This document shows positions 27,431 to 35,964 of a stretch of DNA of 36,007 nucleotides, in pieces. Both the position numbers and the translations under genes were made by a program. Origin of the DNA: a bacterium. Its GTDB lineage: Bacteria; Babelota; Babeliae; Babelales; RVW-14. The stretch spans positions 1-36,007 of the forward strand of contig JBDRBF010000042.1 in the NCBI GenBank assembly GCA_043822925.1. Reading direction: 5' to 3'. The number at the start of each line of letters is the position of its first letter. Within the stretch, counting starts at the first letter, position 1. Below the pieces are notes generated by a model. The model saw nothing but the letters and a program-made list of their open reading frames with translations. It did no database searches and was not told where the DNA came from.

Positions 27431-28522
27431 CTATTGTTCCAATAAAACGACGTTTTCTTTTTGAAAGTATAAGAATACGCGGTCGTAATAATCTATTGTT
27501 TGTTGTGGGAAGTGTTCTTCGTTTTGTTCGAAAACGTTTATTATTTGTCCATTTTCAAGTGCTACACGATATTGCGTTGAGCGACCATAATAAATAATAT
27601 CTTGTACGACGGCTTTTAGGCAGTTAGAAAAACCGACCATTTCTTTTTTTGAAATAAAGATTTTTTCTGGACGAATGCTCATGAGAATAACGCGCCCAGG
27701 TATCATCCATGGTTTTTCGACGGGAAAAAATACAGCAAGAGTTCCGAGTTTATCTGTAGAGAGTGTTTGTTGGCCTTTTTCTTTATGATAGGTCCCTTCT
27801 ATGAGATTGGTACTTCCAACAAATGTTGCAACAAATTTTGATTTTGGGAATTCGTAAATTTCTTTTGGGGTGCCGATTTGTTCGATTTCACCTTGATCGT
27901 TCATGATTGCCATTTTGTTTGCAACGGTCAGGGCTTCCGATTGATCGTGTGTAACGTAAATAAAAGTTGTTTTTAATTTATCATGTAAATCTATTAATTC
28001 GATTAACATCTGTTCTTTGAGGCGTAAATCAAGTGCTGCTAGTGGTTCATCAAGAAGTAATACTTCTGGTTCATTTATAATTGCGCGAGCAAGAGCTACA
28101 CGTTGTTGTTGTCCACCAGATAAATTTCTTGGGTATTTATATTCATGTCCTGATAAGCGTACTGTTTTTAAAGTTTCGAGTACTTTTTCTTTTATTTCTT
28201 TATTTCCAGCACCACGAATACGCAAGCTATACGCTACGTTTTCGAAAACAGTTAAGTGCGTAAAGAGTGCATATTGTTGAAAAACAGTATTAATTTTGCG
28301 TTTATAAATTGGTTCATACGTAATATTTTGATTTCCAAGATATAATCGTCCGGAGTCTACTGTTTCAAGTCCTGCGATAAGTCTTAACAGCGTTGTTTTA
28401 CCGCAACCACTGGGGCCAAGTAGCGCAAAAAATTGACCTGACGGGATTTCTAAGCTGAGTTTGTCTAGAATTACTTCGTTTTCAAATAGTTTGGTAACTG
28501 ATTCCAGGCGAATGCTTCTCAT
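27431..28522 (-). CDS. potA: Polyamine ABC transporter ATP-binding protein PotA
   Basis: GPSGCGKTT, NTVFQQYALF, LSGGQQQRVALARA, LLLDEPL, YVTHDQ; C-terminal TOBE-like region. Confidence 0.95.
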   Translation of the reverse strand: MRSIRLESVTKLFENEVILDKLSLEIPSGQFFALLGPSGCGKTTLLRLIAGLETVDSGRLYLGNQNITYEPIYKRKINTVFQQYALFTHLTVFENVAYSLRIRGAGNKEIKEKVLETLKTVRLSGHEYKYPRNLSGGQQQRVALARAIINEPEVLLLDEPLAALDLRLKEQMLIELIDLHDKLKTTFIYVTHDQSEALTVANKMAIMNDQGEIEQIGTPKEIYEFPKSKFVATFVGSTNLIEGTYHKEKGQQTLSTDKLGTLAVFFPVEKPWMIPGRVILMSIRPEKIFISKKEMVGFSNCLKAVVQDIIYYGRSTQYRVALENGQIINVFEQNEEHFPQQTIDYYDRVFLYFQKENVVLLEQ

Positions 28523-29370
28523 TTATCTTTTCCCCTGCGTTTTGCAAAAAGCATAGGAATTATAATATCTGCAAAAGTACAAGGTACCATTACAGCAATA
28601 ATAATATACACAAATACAAAGTTCATCATTGACCACCAATTAAAAAATCCAAAACTAATAAAATATAAAATAGCGGCCATTGAGCTTATAAATATATGGC
28701 AAAAATGAAAACTTATTGAGTAAAAAACTTGTCTGCTTGGGTTGTGTTTACTCATGGCCCAGCCGTTAAGCATGCCGGCGAGTAAAAATGGAAGAACGGT
28801 TGTCCAATGGCTGATAAAACACCAGTGAAATTGCATAGGTAAGCCTATGAGTATACCTCCTAAGTATGGGATAACAGCGTCAGAAAGTGTACAAAATATA
28901 GCAGGGACAAAAAAACCAACTAAAAGTCCTGGAATTATTTTTTTTGAATAGCGTCTAAACATAAGCATGGTGCCGGTACCAGCAAAGAGTAGGTGTAAAA
29001 AGTGAAAACTGTGAAAGAGGCGATAATATATTGAATCACCATGAGAGCAAGAACCAGCATGATTGTGTCCCGGCGTTGTGCACGCATGTGCAACAACTTG
29101 GCCATCAGAGTAAGATAAAAAGCTGAGTACAACCATAGCAACAGCGACTGAGAATATTGCATAGGGCATATGACATAGTATTTCGTCCCATAACGAGTCA
29201 TGGTTCTCTAGTATTGCATTGCTTTGACAGTCGTGATCATGCGCATGAATGTGCGCGTGTTTATGGTCATCGCTGCTGCAGCAACTATGAGAGCTGTTTT
29301 TGGGGTTTTTTTGTGAGTTCTTGTCGTTATCAAAATTTGTGTTACACATAGGCTTTATTCTTTCAATCAC
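28519..29370 (-). CDS. His/Cys-rich multi-pass membrane protein (putative metal transporter)
   Basis: HSCCSSDDHKHAHIHAHDHDC N-terminus, His/Cys loop, several TM segments with a repeated HxxH...CxxxD motif; ATGA overlap with potA. Confidence 0.75.
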   Translation of the reverse strand: MIERIKPMCNTNFDNDKNSQKNPKNSSHSCCSSDDHKHAHIHAHDHDCQSNAILENHDSLWDEILCHMPYAIFSVAVAMVVLSFLSYSDGQVVAHACTTPGHNHAGSCSHGDSIYYRLFHSFHFLHLLFAGTGTMLMFRRYSKKIIPGLLVGFFVPAIFCTLSDAVIPYLGGILIGLPMQFHWCFISHWTTVLPFLLAGMLNGWAMSKHNPSRQVFYSISFHFCHIFISSMAAILYFISFGFFNWWSMMNFVFVYIIIAVMVPCTFADIIIPMLFAKRRGKDK

Positions 29371-29560
29371 GAGAGCATGCTTTTATTGGGCATTTTTACG
29401 TGTTTTATGTACATGTTTTAGTAAAAAATACGAATATTGAGCGGTAAATGTCAAGTATAGGGAATAAAAAGAAAAATAAAAGCGCATTTAGCCTTATTTT
29501 TCTCTGGAGCACACATGATTTTTTTGGGGGCGTAATGGGGGGTGTAATGAGCATTAGTTT

Positions 29561-30361
29561 TTATGAAACAAGTACTTGGGCGAGTAATGGTTTATTTAGG
29601 TTAATAATAGATCCTGCGATAGGCTTCTGATCAGTGATTATACGGCTTTGGTCATCTATGTTCGTTTCTGCGTTGATAGTTGAACCTGCTGTATCGTATA
29701 TTTCAAGAGTAATGTTTTTTTGTTGTAAGAGTGTTTGGACGGTTTGCAGATTTGTCCCTTTAAAGTTTGGCATGATGTGCATATTTGGGATTTCGGTTGA
29801 GATATAACAGGTGATTTTTTGATTTTGTATAGTTTCGCCTGGTTGTGGTGACTGGGCGACGCAGGTATTGTTTGTTTTATTGGTTGCGAAAGTAATAATT
29901 TTTTGGCTTATCCCGTTTTTTAAGAGCTTTTGGGTTATAATTTCTCGCGTTTCTTGTAATAGATTAGGGGCTGTGTTGGGGGCTGTTCTTTTTGAGATAG
30001 TTACGAAAATGCTTTGATTTAGACGTGTTTTTTGAAATGCTCTGGGGGTTTGTTGTACAATTGTTCCTTCAGGCAGGAGGGCATCTTCTTTTTCTTGCAA
30101 GAGCCGTAAAGAAAGTTGCTTGGCTGATGCGGATTCTATTGCGCTGTGCAGGTCTTTGCCGATAAGATTCGGAACTTCTTGTGTTTGTGTTTGAAAAAAG
30201 AAAAAACCACCAGCGTAGCCGAACATAAAACCTATGAATGGGATGAGGCCAAGAAGTATAAATTTGGGGTCGATTTTTTTTAACATACGTGTCATCCCAG
30301 ACTTGATCTGGGATTCAAGTCCATATTCTTTCTTTATTCTTTCTATGTCTGTTTTTTTCAT
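29561..30361 (-). CDS. Membrane-anchored PASTA-domain protein (three repeats, no kinase domain)
   Basis: VPNLIGK...QQTP, APNLLQ...AQSPQPG, MPNFKG...DQKPIAG after one TM. The track start at 30424 lies inside rnpB; candidate starts are 30361, 30295 and 30286. Confidence 0.85.
   Translation of the reverse strand: MKKTDIERIKKEYGLESQIKSGMTRMLKKIDPKFILLGLIPFIGFMFGYAGGFFFFQTQTQEVPNLIGKDLHSAIESASAKQLSLRLLQEKEDALLPEGTIVQQTPRAFQKTRLNQSIFVTISKRTAPNTAPNLLQETREIITQKLLKNGISQKIITFATNKTNNTCVAQSPQPGETIQNQKITCYISTEIPNMHIMPNFKGTNLQTVQTLLQQKNITLEIYDTAGSTINAETNIDDQSRIITDQKPIAGSIINLNKPLLAQVLVS
30290..30317 (-). repeat. Small palindromic element (WPE/RPE-like), copy 2
   Basis: TGAATCCCAGATCAAGTCTGGGATGACA on the minus strand, in frame with the PASTA ORF (ESQIKSGMT). 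Confidence 0.85.
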
Positions 30362-30374
30362 GGCGATTAATGTG

Positions 30375-30803
30375 GGATAGGTTCTTTTTGGCACACGTAT
30401 AAGCTGGATTCTGTACGCCGACATTTATTGCTAAAAGTCGTGTAGCAACCATCTATCTATGCGATATACCCGTGAATTCTAGGTAACAGGGTAACCGTAA
30501 TTCACCTATTTTATCTTGCTCCAGGTGGGGTTTTCCGCAAGAACGCATTACTGTGCTCCTGTGTGCGCTCTTACCGCACATTTTCACCCTTACCCATTAT
30601 TTATTATATTTTATTATTTTAAATTCTGGGCGGTTTAATTTTCTGTGGCACTTTCCATGGACTTACATCCCCCTCATTTGAACGTTTTTTATGACGCCTT
30701 ATGAGGCACCTTTCCTGTTAGGAGTCCAGACTTTCCTCTCTTTACCTCTTACAAGAAGGGGTAAAAAGCGATTGCTCTGCGTACCTAAAAGAACCAAATA
30801 TCC
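30375..30803 (-). ncRNA. rnpB: RNase P RNA, bacterial type A
   Basis: Minus-strand signatures in order: GAGGAAAGTCTGGACTCC, GGAAAGTGCCACAGAAAA, GGGTGAAAATGTGCGGTAAGAGCGCAC, AAACCCCACCTGGAGCAAG, AGATAGATGGTTGC, ACAGAATCCAGCTTAT. The ends pair as P1 (GGTTCTTTT/AAAAGAACC); AACAGG/CCTGTT gives P6. Confidence 0.96.
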
Positions 30804-31241
30804 TACCATGACTATACAACAAATCTGTTCTATAGTCATGAGAAAATTAAAATTATGCCCAAGAATAAAGCATTTTATGAGTATGTTTTGTATTAAGCTA
30901 ATGCAAAAAAGTAACAAAATGGGTAAAAAAGTACTCGTGTGAACAAATACTTTTCGCCCTTTTTGGGCGTAAAATATAAGGGGGACTAGATATATTAGTG
31001 TAAGCCCGAAGCGCTCGTACAAGAATGTATCTTGTAAAAAAAGTAGTCCGATTGGCAAAATTATAGTACTAAAAAAGTGTCTGTTTTCTGGAAAACCTAG
31101 TAGCGTTTGTGGGCTTTGCTGGTTTTGGGTGGTTAGCTGGCATTGTTTAATTATTGTGTAAATCAAAAGGGTGCTTATTACCCATTTTTTGAGCATGCAA
31201 AAGAGCGTAAAATCTAATAAAAATAAGAAAAGTGCAATCAT
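30699..31241 (-). CDS. Multi-pass membrane protein, weakly MreD-like; 3' end overlaps rnpB
   Basis: Start placed at MIALFLFLLD (AGGA RBS); 4-5 TM segments; GLLFLQDTFLYERFGLTLIYL resembles MreD GLxxDxxxxxxxG. Confidence 0.6.
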   Translation of the reverse strand: MIALFLFLLDFTLFCMLKKWVISTLLIYTIIKQCQLTTQNQQSPQTLLGFPENRHFFSTIILPIGLLFLQDTFLYERFGLTLIYLVPLIFYAQKGRKVFVHTSTFLPILLLFCISLIQNILIKCFILGHNFNFLMTIEQICCIVMVGYLVLLGTQSNRFLPLLVRGKERKVWTPNRKGAS

Positions 31242-31359
31242 AAAGAGCTCGTCCTGTATGTTCTTAGAGTGTTTTACGAAATAATCTGTAGCTATCTTAT
31301 TTTGGCTCGTGCGGAGCACGATGCTTTTTTTAGTCTGGGGTTTTAGCCCCAGGCATTTT

Positions 31360-32379
31360 TCAAAACGTCTGGGATTGGCCAATTTTAAGTACGTGTAGTT
31401 TTTTATTTATGAGTTTTTCTTGTTGCTCGTTCCATACAGCGTAGAGCCTACTGACTGGTTCGTCAAAAGAATGATGTTCAAAGGGGAATGTTCCCCAGTG
31501 CATAGGAATAAAGTTTTGCGCATTTAATTCGCCAAAAGCTTGTATTGATTCATGAGTATTAACGTGAGAATCTATCACGAGGTGTTCAGGGGTGTTTGGT
31601 GCGATAGGCATGAGGGCAACGTCGATGTTTCCATATTTTTGGCCAATTTGGCTAAAGTGCTGGCCGTATGCTGAGTCGCCAGTAAAGTAGATTTTAAAGT
31701 TTTCATGTTCAATCATCCAGCTGCCCCATAATGTTAAATTGGTGTCGATAATCTTTCTGCCGGACCAGTGATGTGCTGGTAGAAATGTAAAGTTTATAGG
31801 TGTTTGTGAATGGGAAGTAGTGGGATTAATTGTGTGCGCTTGCCACCATGATTTTTCATGTACATTGTTTATATTTCGCCATTTGAACCAACGGCCTGTG
31901 CCCTGCGGGGTTAAAATTATGGGGTTATGACCATGTTTTTTAAGCATGCGTACAGATTGGCTGTTCAAATGGTCTGGGTGGTTGTGTGAGACCAGAACAA
32001 CGTCAATTTTGGGTAAATCTTTTGGGTTCATGGGAAAAGGGGTTAGCCGAGGCAAAAGCATTGATATTTCAAAGAAAGAGGGGTCTGTTAGAATATTAAA
32101 CCCATTTATTTGTACTAAAAACGTTGCGTGGCCAAGCCAGGTTATTACCGGTTTTGTACTTGATTGTTCTATTTGAACGGGAATTACCCAGTTTTTAAGT
32201 ATCTCAGCCCTATTTATAGCTATTTTGGGCCGGTTTTTGTGCATGAGGCTGAATTTGAGCATTTTCTTTAGGACGTGTTTAACGTTGTTAAGCCAGGTTT
32301 CTAGGCCATGGGCCAGGCCTTGTCCGTTATTAAGCTGGGGTAATTTGTGGGATTTTTTGTGTTTTTCTGTTCTTTTCAT
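31360..32379 (-). CDS. MBL-fold metallo-hydrolase, NAPE-PLD/RomA-like
   Basis: TWLGHATF, ILTDP, SHNHPDH, PAHHWSGR, LWGSW, FTGDSAY, PMHWGTF. Confidence 0.92.
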   Translation of the reverse strand: MKRTEKHKKSHKLPQLNNGQGLAHGLETWLNNVKHVLKKMLKFSLMHKNRPKIAINRAEILKNWVIPVQIEQSSTKPVITWLGHATFLVQINGFNILTDPSFFEISMLLPRLTPFPMNPKDLPKIDVVLVSHNHPDHLNSQSVRMLKKHGHNPIILTPQGTGRWFKWRNINNVHEKSWWQAHTINPTTSHSQTPINFTFLPAHHWSGRKIIDTNLTLWGSWMIEHENFKIYFTGDSAYGQHFSQIGQKYGNIDVALMPIAPNTPEHLVIDSHVNTHESIQAFGELNAQNFIPMHWGTFPFEHHSFDEPVSRLYAVWNEQQEKLINKKLHVLKIGQSQTF

Positions 32380-32657
32380 TGTTTTGTGCTCAAAAATGTT
32401 AAAAAAGAGCCTAAATAAAGCATTTATTACGAAATAAAGAGAGTTTCTAGCGTATAGATAGATGCTTATTTAGTCAAAATAACTCATATTTATCTCTATC
32501 TGTAAATTATTGTTGATTTTTAATTTGTTTAATATATTCTAATAGTATTACTATTGATTAATAACTTGTATTAATTCGAATGTCTGCGGAGTTCGCAGGC
32601 TTGTTTGGTGCAAGTGAGTTTTGTTCTAAATGTTTGTTCTAAATGGAGGACTATATT

Positions 32658-34754
32658 ATGAAGAAGTACATAGGGTTATTGATTTTGTGCTTGGCCATCA
32701 ATTTTGGTGGTTTGTCTGGTATGCCGCAGAAGCCGGTTGTACCGACAGAAGTTGTACCGACAGAAGAAGAGTTTACAGATTTCATGACCAGGTTGCGCAA
32801 CGAGTCGAATAACAACGCCGAAAAATATACATATGAAAAAATTGCACGGGCATTAATTAACTATGCAGCGGGCAATGTTAATGTTATTGGTCGCGATGGC
32901 ATGCTTAAAGAAGCGTGTGTTGCTCAAGTGCTTACATCTTTGGAGGCATTTACCAAACCAGAAAATGAAAAAAATGCTTCTAATGCTGATGAGAATGAAT
33001 ATATAAAAGACTTTTTTGAAAAAAGTAATTTTTTAAAGAAGGATACTTCAGACGATAGATTAATAAAAAAAATCATGGGCATGGTCGGGGTCATTCGTAA
33101 GACAGTATTTCTTCGGGGAATTACTAATGAAGTAAGAGTGAAGATTGCTGGACCAATAAGCCAGTTTACAGTAGAAGCAGCTAAAGAATTGTCTAAAAAT
33201 GCAAAAAAAATCGCACAGCAAATAATTTACAATGCGACTGCTAAGTCAGAAGTGCAAGCAAATCAAGAAAACAAAGTATTTAATGGAAAAGTTCGTAAGA
33301 TTTTGGATTTGCGCGAAAATAAACCTACAATGTCAGATGTAGCAAGCGCTCTTGATTCGCGCTCTCGACTTAATCCTATGAGATTTATTTCGGCTTCGTC
33401 GTTAGCCCAAACAGATCGCGATGCTTTAAAAACAGTATTAAACGAAGTTCGTACTAAGCAAGAATATTTAAATAAAGAGAATTTAGATAAAAATATTGGT
33501 GATGTACTCGATGGTAAGACGGTAAGTGATACAAAACCAGTTTTTTGGAACAAAGGTAAGCTGCTTGGTTTAGGTGCTTTGGCTGGTTTAACAGGTGCTG
33601 GTTTATATGCTTTATTAAAGCCGAAAACCACAGATTCGAAGAAACAGTCTGAAGGTCAGAACGAATTAGTTAAAGCTGTAAATGAAATTCAAGAAGAAGT
33701 AAAAAATCAACAAAATAAAGTTGAACAAGTTGAAAAAGTTATTAATGGCAACAACGTCAACGAAGAAACTATTTCTGAACCTTCGGGAAATTCTAGCTCA
33801 GGCAATATGCGTCGTAATTTGACTATTGGTGGTGCGGTGGTTGTTTGCGGGGCAACTCTGCTTGGATTGTATGCCTTATTAAAGAATCGCCAAAATGGAG
33901 CCATTGAACCGGGTAGTTCAAATAAATTTGGGCCATCTTTGTCTTATGCTTATGCAGAGAATAGATTTCCAGAATATTTCCAAGATTCTTCAGAAAACTT
34001 GGGGATGTGTTCTTATGGTGATTTGCTAGCTAAAACTAAAGAGTTTGAAGAAGCTCGTATTAAGAAGATCGAAGAAGATCGCTTGAAAGAAGAAGTAAAG
34101 AAGAAGCAAGAAGAAGAGAACAAGAAGAAGCAAGAAGACGCTCGTATTAAGAAGCAAGAAGAAGACAAAGCAGAAGAAGTTAAGAAGAAGCAAGAAGAAG
34201 AGAATAAGAAGAAGCAAGAAGAAGAGAATAAGAAGAAGCAAGAAGAAGAAGTTAAAGAGTGTCTAGAGCTAGAGAAAGAATGCAAGAAAGAAGAAGAACT
34301 TCTTGATGCTTTAGAAGCAAAGCAAAATGAGACAGAATCTGCGCTTGATGGCAAAAAATGTCCAAATAAAGACGAATCTCTATTATTTGCGCGATCAGGA
34401 AAAGATGGCAAATGTTCAAAAACGCATAATGCTAAGAGAGCCGAAGCGCTTAAACAGAGAGGCGAAAATCTTAAGACGAGAGGCAAAAAATGTACGAAGT
34501 ATCTTGAAGCTCGCAAGCAAGAAGAGCTTAAGAAGAAAGAAGAAGTTACGAACTTTCTTAATAAAGTAAATAAAGATAATTATTTTAGGACCGCGAATCT
34601 TGTTTTAAGTAAGGAAATAGGAAAATCAGATGGATCTGATGCCCAATTATTACTAAATCAAATTGAAGAGAAATGTAAGGATAAATGGGTTAAATTAGGT
34701 TACTATGGTTGGGTTTGCGATGACCTTGTAATGATGAAGAAAAATCAAAAATAA
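32658..34754 (+). CDS. Secreted/membrane hypothetical protein with two internal TM modules and a KKKQEEE coiled-coil repeat
   Basis: GGAGGA RBS, signal peptide MKKYIGLLILCLAINFGGLSG, two Gly/Ala-rich hydrophobic segments both ending GLYALLK, charged repeat, Cys-rich C-terminus. Confidence 0.85.
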   Translation: MKKYIGLLILCLAINFGGLSGMPQKPVVPTEVVPTEEEFTDFMTRLRNESNNNAEKYTYEKIARALINYAAGNVNVIGRDGMLKEACVAQVLTSLEAFTKPENEKNASNADENEYIKDFFEKSNFLKKDTSDDRLIKKIMGMVGVIRKTVFLRGITNEVRVKIAGPISQFTVEAAKELSKNAKKIAQQIIYNATAKSEVQANQENKVFNGKVRKILDLRENKPTMSDVASALDSRSRLNPMRFISASSLAQTDRDALKTVLNEVRTKQEYLNKENLDKNIGDVLDGKTVSDTKPVFWNKGKLLGLGALAGLTGAGLYALLKPKTTDSKKQSEGQNELVKAVNEIQEEVKNQQNKVEQVEKVINGNNVNEETISEPSGNSSSGNMRRNLTIGGAVVVCGATLLGLYALLKNRQNGAIEPGSSNKFGPSLSYAYAENRFPEYFQDSSENLGMCSYGDLLAKTKEFEEARIKKIEEDRLKEEVKKKQEEENKKKQEDARIKKQEEDKAEEVKKKQEEENKKKQEEENKKKQEEEVKECLELEKECKKEEELLDALEAKQNETESALDGKKCPNKDESLLFARSGKDGKCSKTHNAKRAEALKQRGENLKTRGKKCTKYLEARKQEELKKKEEVTNFLNKVNKDNYFRTANLVLSKEIGKSDGSDAQLLLNQIEEKCKDKWVKLGYYGWVCDDLVMMKKNQK
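34090..34256 (+). repeat. Coding tandem repeat, mostly 24-nt units
   Basis: Repeated AAGAAGAAGCAAGAAGAAGAGAA(T/C) encoding KKKQEEEN, with variant units. Confidence 0.9.
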
Positions 34755-34795
34755 CCTAGTACTGTTATTTGCTCTGATATTTTCGAAAATGGTTT

Positions 34796-34840
34796 TGCCT
34801 CTTAATCCCAGGGTGTAAAAGCTCTGGGGTTTATGAGGCA
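34796..34840. other. Long imperfect intergenic hairpin
   Basis: TGCCTC-TTAATCCCAGGGT-GTAAAA-GCTCTGGGGTTTAT-GAGGCA; G-U pairs fit the + strand; no clear U tail. Confidence 0.5.
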
Positions 34841-34875
34841 GGTTATAAAAGTGTATTAAAATGGGAGAATTTATT

Positions 34876-35964
34876 ATGAAAAACTTACAAAAAATATTAT
34901 GTGCGTTGTTTATGGGACTTATGTTTATTGGTGATTTAGGTGCTATGCGAATGAGAGATGAGGAAAACTTCGGAACGGCTGGAAAGCGTAAGCGTGAGGA
35001 AATTAGTGAGCAAGTAGTTGAATCAAACGATAATAAGCGAAGAAAAATTGATTTGGCAGAAAATGTTCTTAATTTTAATGTTGGTGATTTGAATATTACT
35101 GATGTGGAAGTCAAGCGTATTTTTGGTGATGATCAAAAACGCATGCAAACTAAGTATCTTGTTCATTATCCTCTAAAAAAGAGTGATTTTCAGCTATATA
35201 TTTATATGTTATTAAAAAGAAAATCGCCTCTTTTAGATAAGACAACTAAGGATAGGCTTAACGGGGATAATCGTCCTGATTATATTAAGGTATATCAGAC
35301 GTATACTGAAGACACTATAGAAAGAATGTTTGAAGATAAGTTCGGCAATAGGGAAAATTTTGATTGTAATCACGATAGTGACGGCGGTGATGTTGGTGAA
35401 GATTATGATATTCCGAATCGAGAGTCCCTGTCTTTTACTTCGCCAGAAGTATCCCGTTCTATTATTGATATAAATCAATCTTCTATTTCTCAGCCAAATT
35501 TGGATGATAATGTTCAGCAAAATTTATCTGAGATTATTGGTACAGATAGTCTAGGTAGTCTTGATGAAAACAATCCAGCCGGATCAAATATTAGATCTGA
35601 TGTTAATGAAGAAATAGTTCAGCCAAGTAGTTCTTTGGTAAATAAGGTTGTAAATCTTATGAAAGTTGTTCTTGCTGGTGTTAATACTAAAATAGCTTTA
35701 ATTGATTTTACGCCTACAGTTCGACTTGTTTATAAGAATTTTGGAGGGTGTCCAAGTTTACAAATGGAGCCTTGGAAAGCAGGAATTACCGTTGCTGGTT
35801 CTTCTCTTCCTGAATATTGTTTAATCGCTATTTTTTCATATTTAGCTGTAAAAGATAAATCTAATGCACCATTATATAAGCGTGCGATTACCGTTTTGTG
35901 CGGAATTGCACCGGTATGTTTTTCTTTATTTGGTAGATATTTGTTCGATCGTTTTGAGCCTTAA
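34876..35964 (+). CDS. Secreted hypothetical protein with a bipartite NLS-like motif and C-terminal hydrophobic segments
   Basis: GGGAG RBS, signal peptide ending DLGA-M, KRKR-13 aa-KRRK, acidic low-complexity middle, two C-terminal hydrophobic stretches. Confidence 0.85.
   Translation: MKNLQKILCALFMGLMFIGDLGAMRMRDEENFGTAGKRKREEISEQVVESNDNKRRKIDLAENVLNFNVGDLNITDVEVKRIFGDDQKRMQTKYLVHYPLKKSDFQLYIYMLLKRKSPLLDKTTKDRLNGDNRPDYIKVYQTYTEDTIERMFEDKFGNRENFDCNHDSDGGDVGEDYDIPNRESLSFTSPEVSRSIIDINQSSISQPNLDDNVQQNLSEIIGTDSLGSLDENNPAGSNIRSDVNEEIVQPSSSLVNKVVNLMKVVLAGVNTKIALIDFTPTVRLVYKNFGGCPSLQMEPWKAGITVAGSSLPEYCLIAIFSYLAVKDKSNAPLYKRAITVLCGIAPVCFSLFGRYLFDRFEP

Noticed and set aside
30362-30424. N-terminal extension of the PASTA ORF as given in the track
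   Set aside because: It lies mostly within the conserved 3' end of RNase P RNA.
30691-30942. 83-aa plus-strand ORF sharing VPKRT with the PASTA ORF start
   Set aside because: The shared peptide comes from the complementary P1 arms of rnpB; the ORF is an antisense shadow.
32405-32605. Imperfect inverted repeat (about 32411-32473) and small hairpin (32582-32600) as a riboswitch or sRNA
   Set aside because: No recognisable aptamer consensus; AT-rich pairing in a divergent promoter region could be chance.
34013-34516. Ser/Phe/Cys-rich and Leu-rich minus-strand ORFs
   Set aside because: Antisense shadows of the KKKQEEE repeat.
716-35520. Remaining short ORFs nested in or antisense to the called genes (e.g. 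716..910, 7459..7794, 13455..13694, 28017..28280, 33263..33631, 34695..35114)
   Set aside because: They overlap strongly supported genes and show no motifs of their own.
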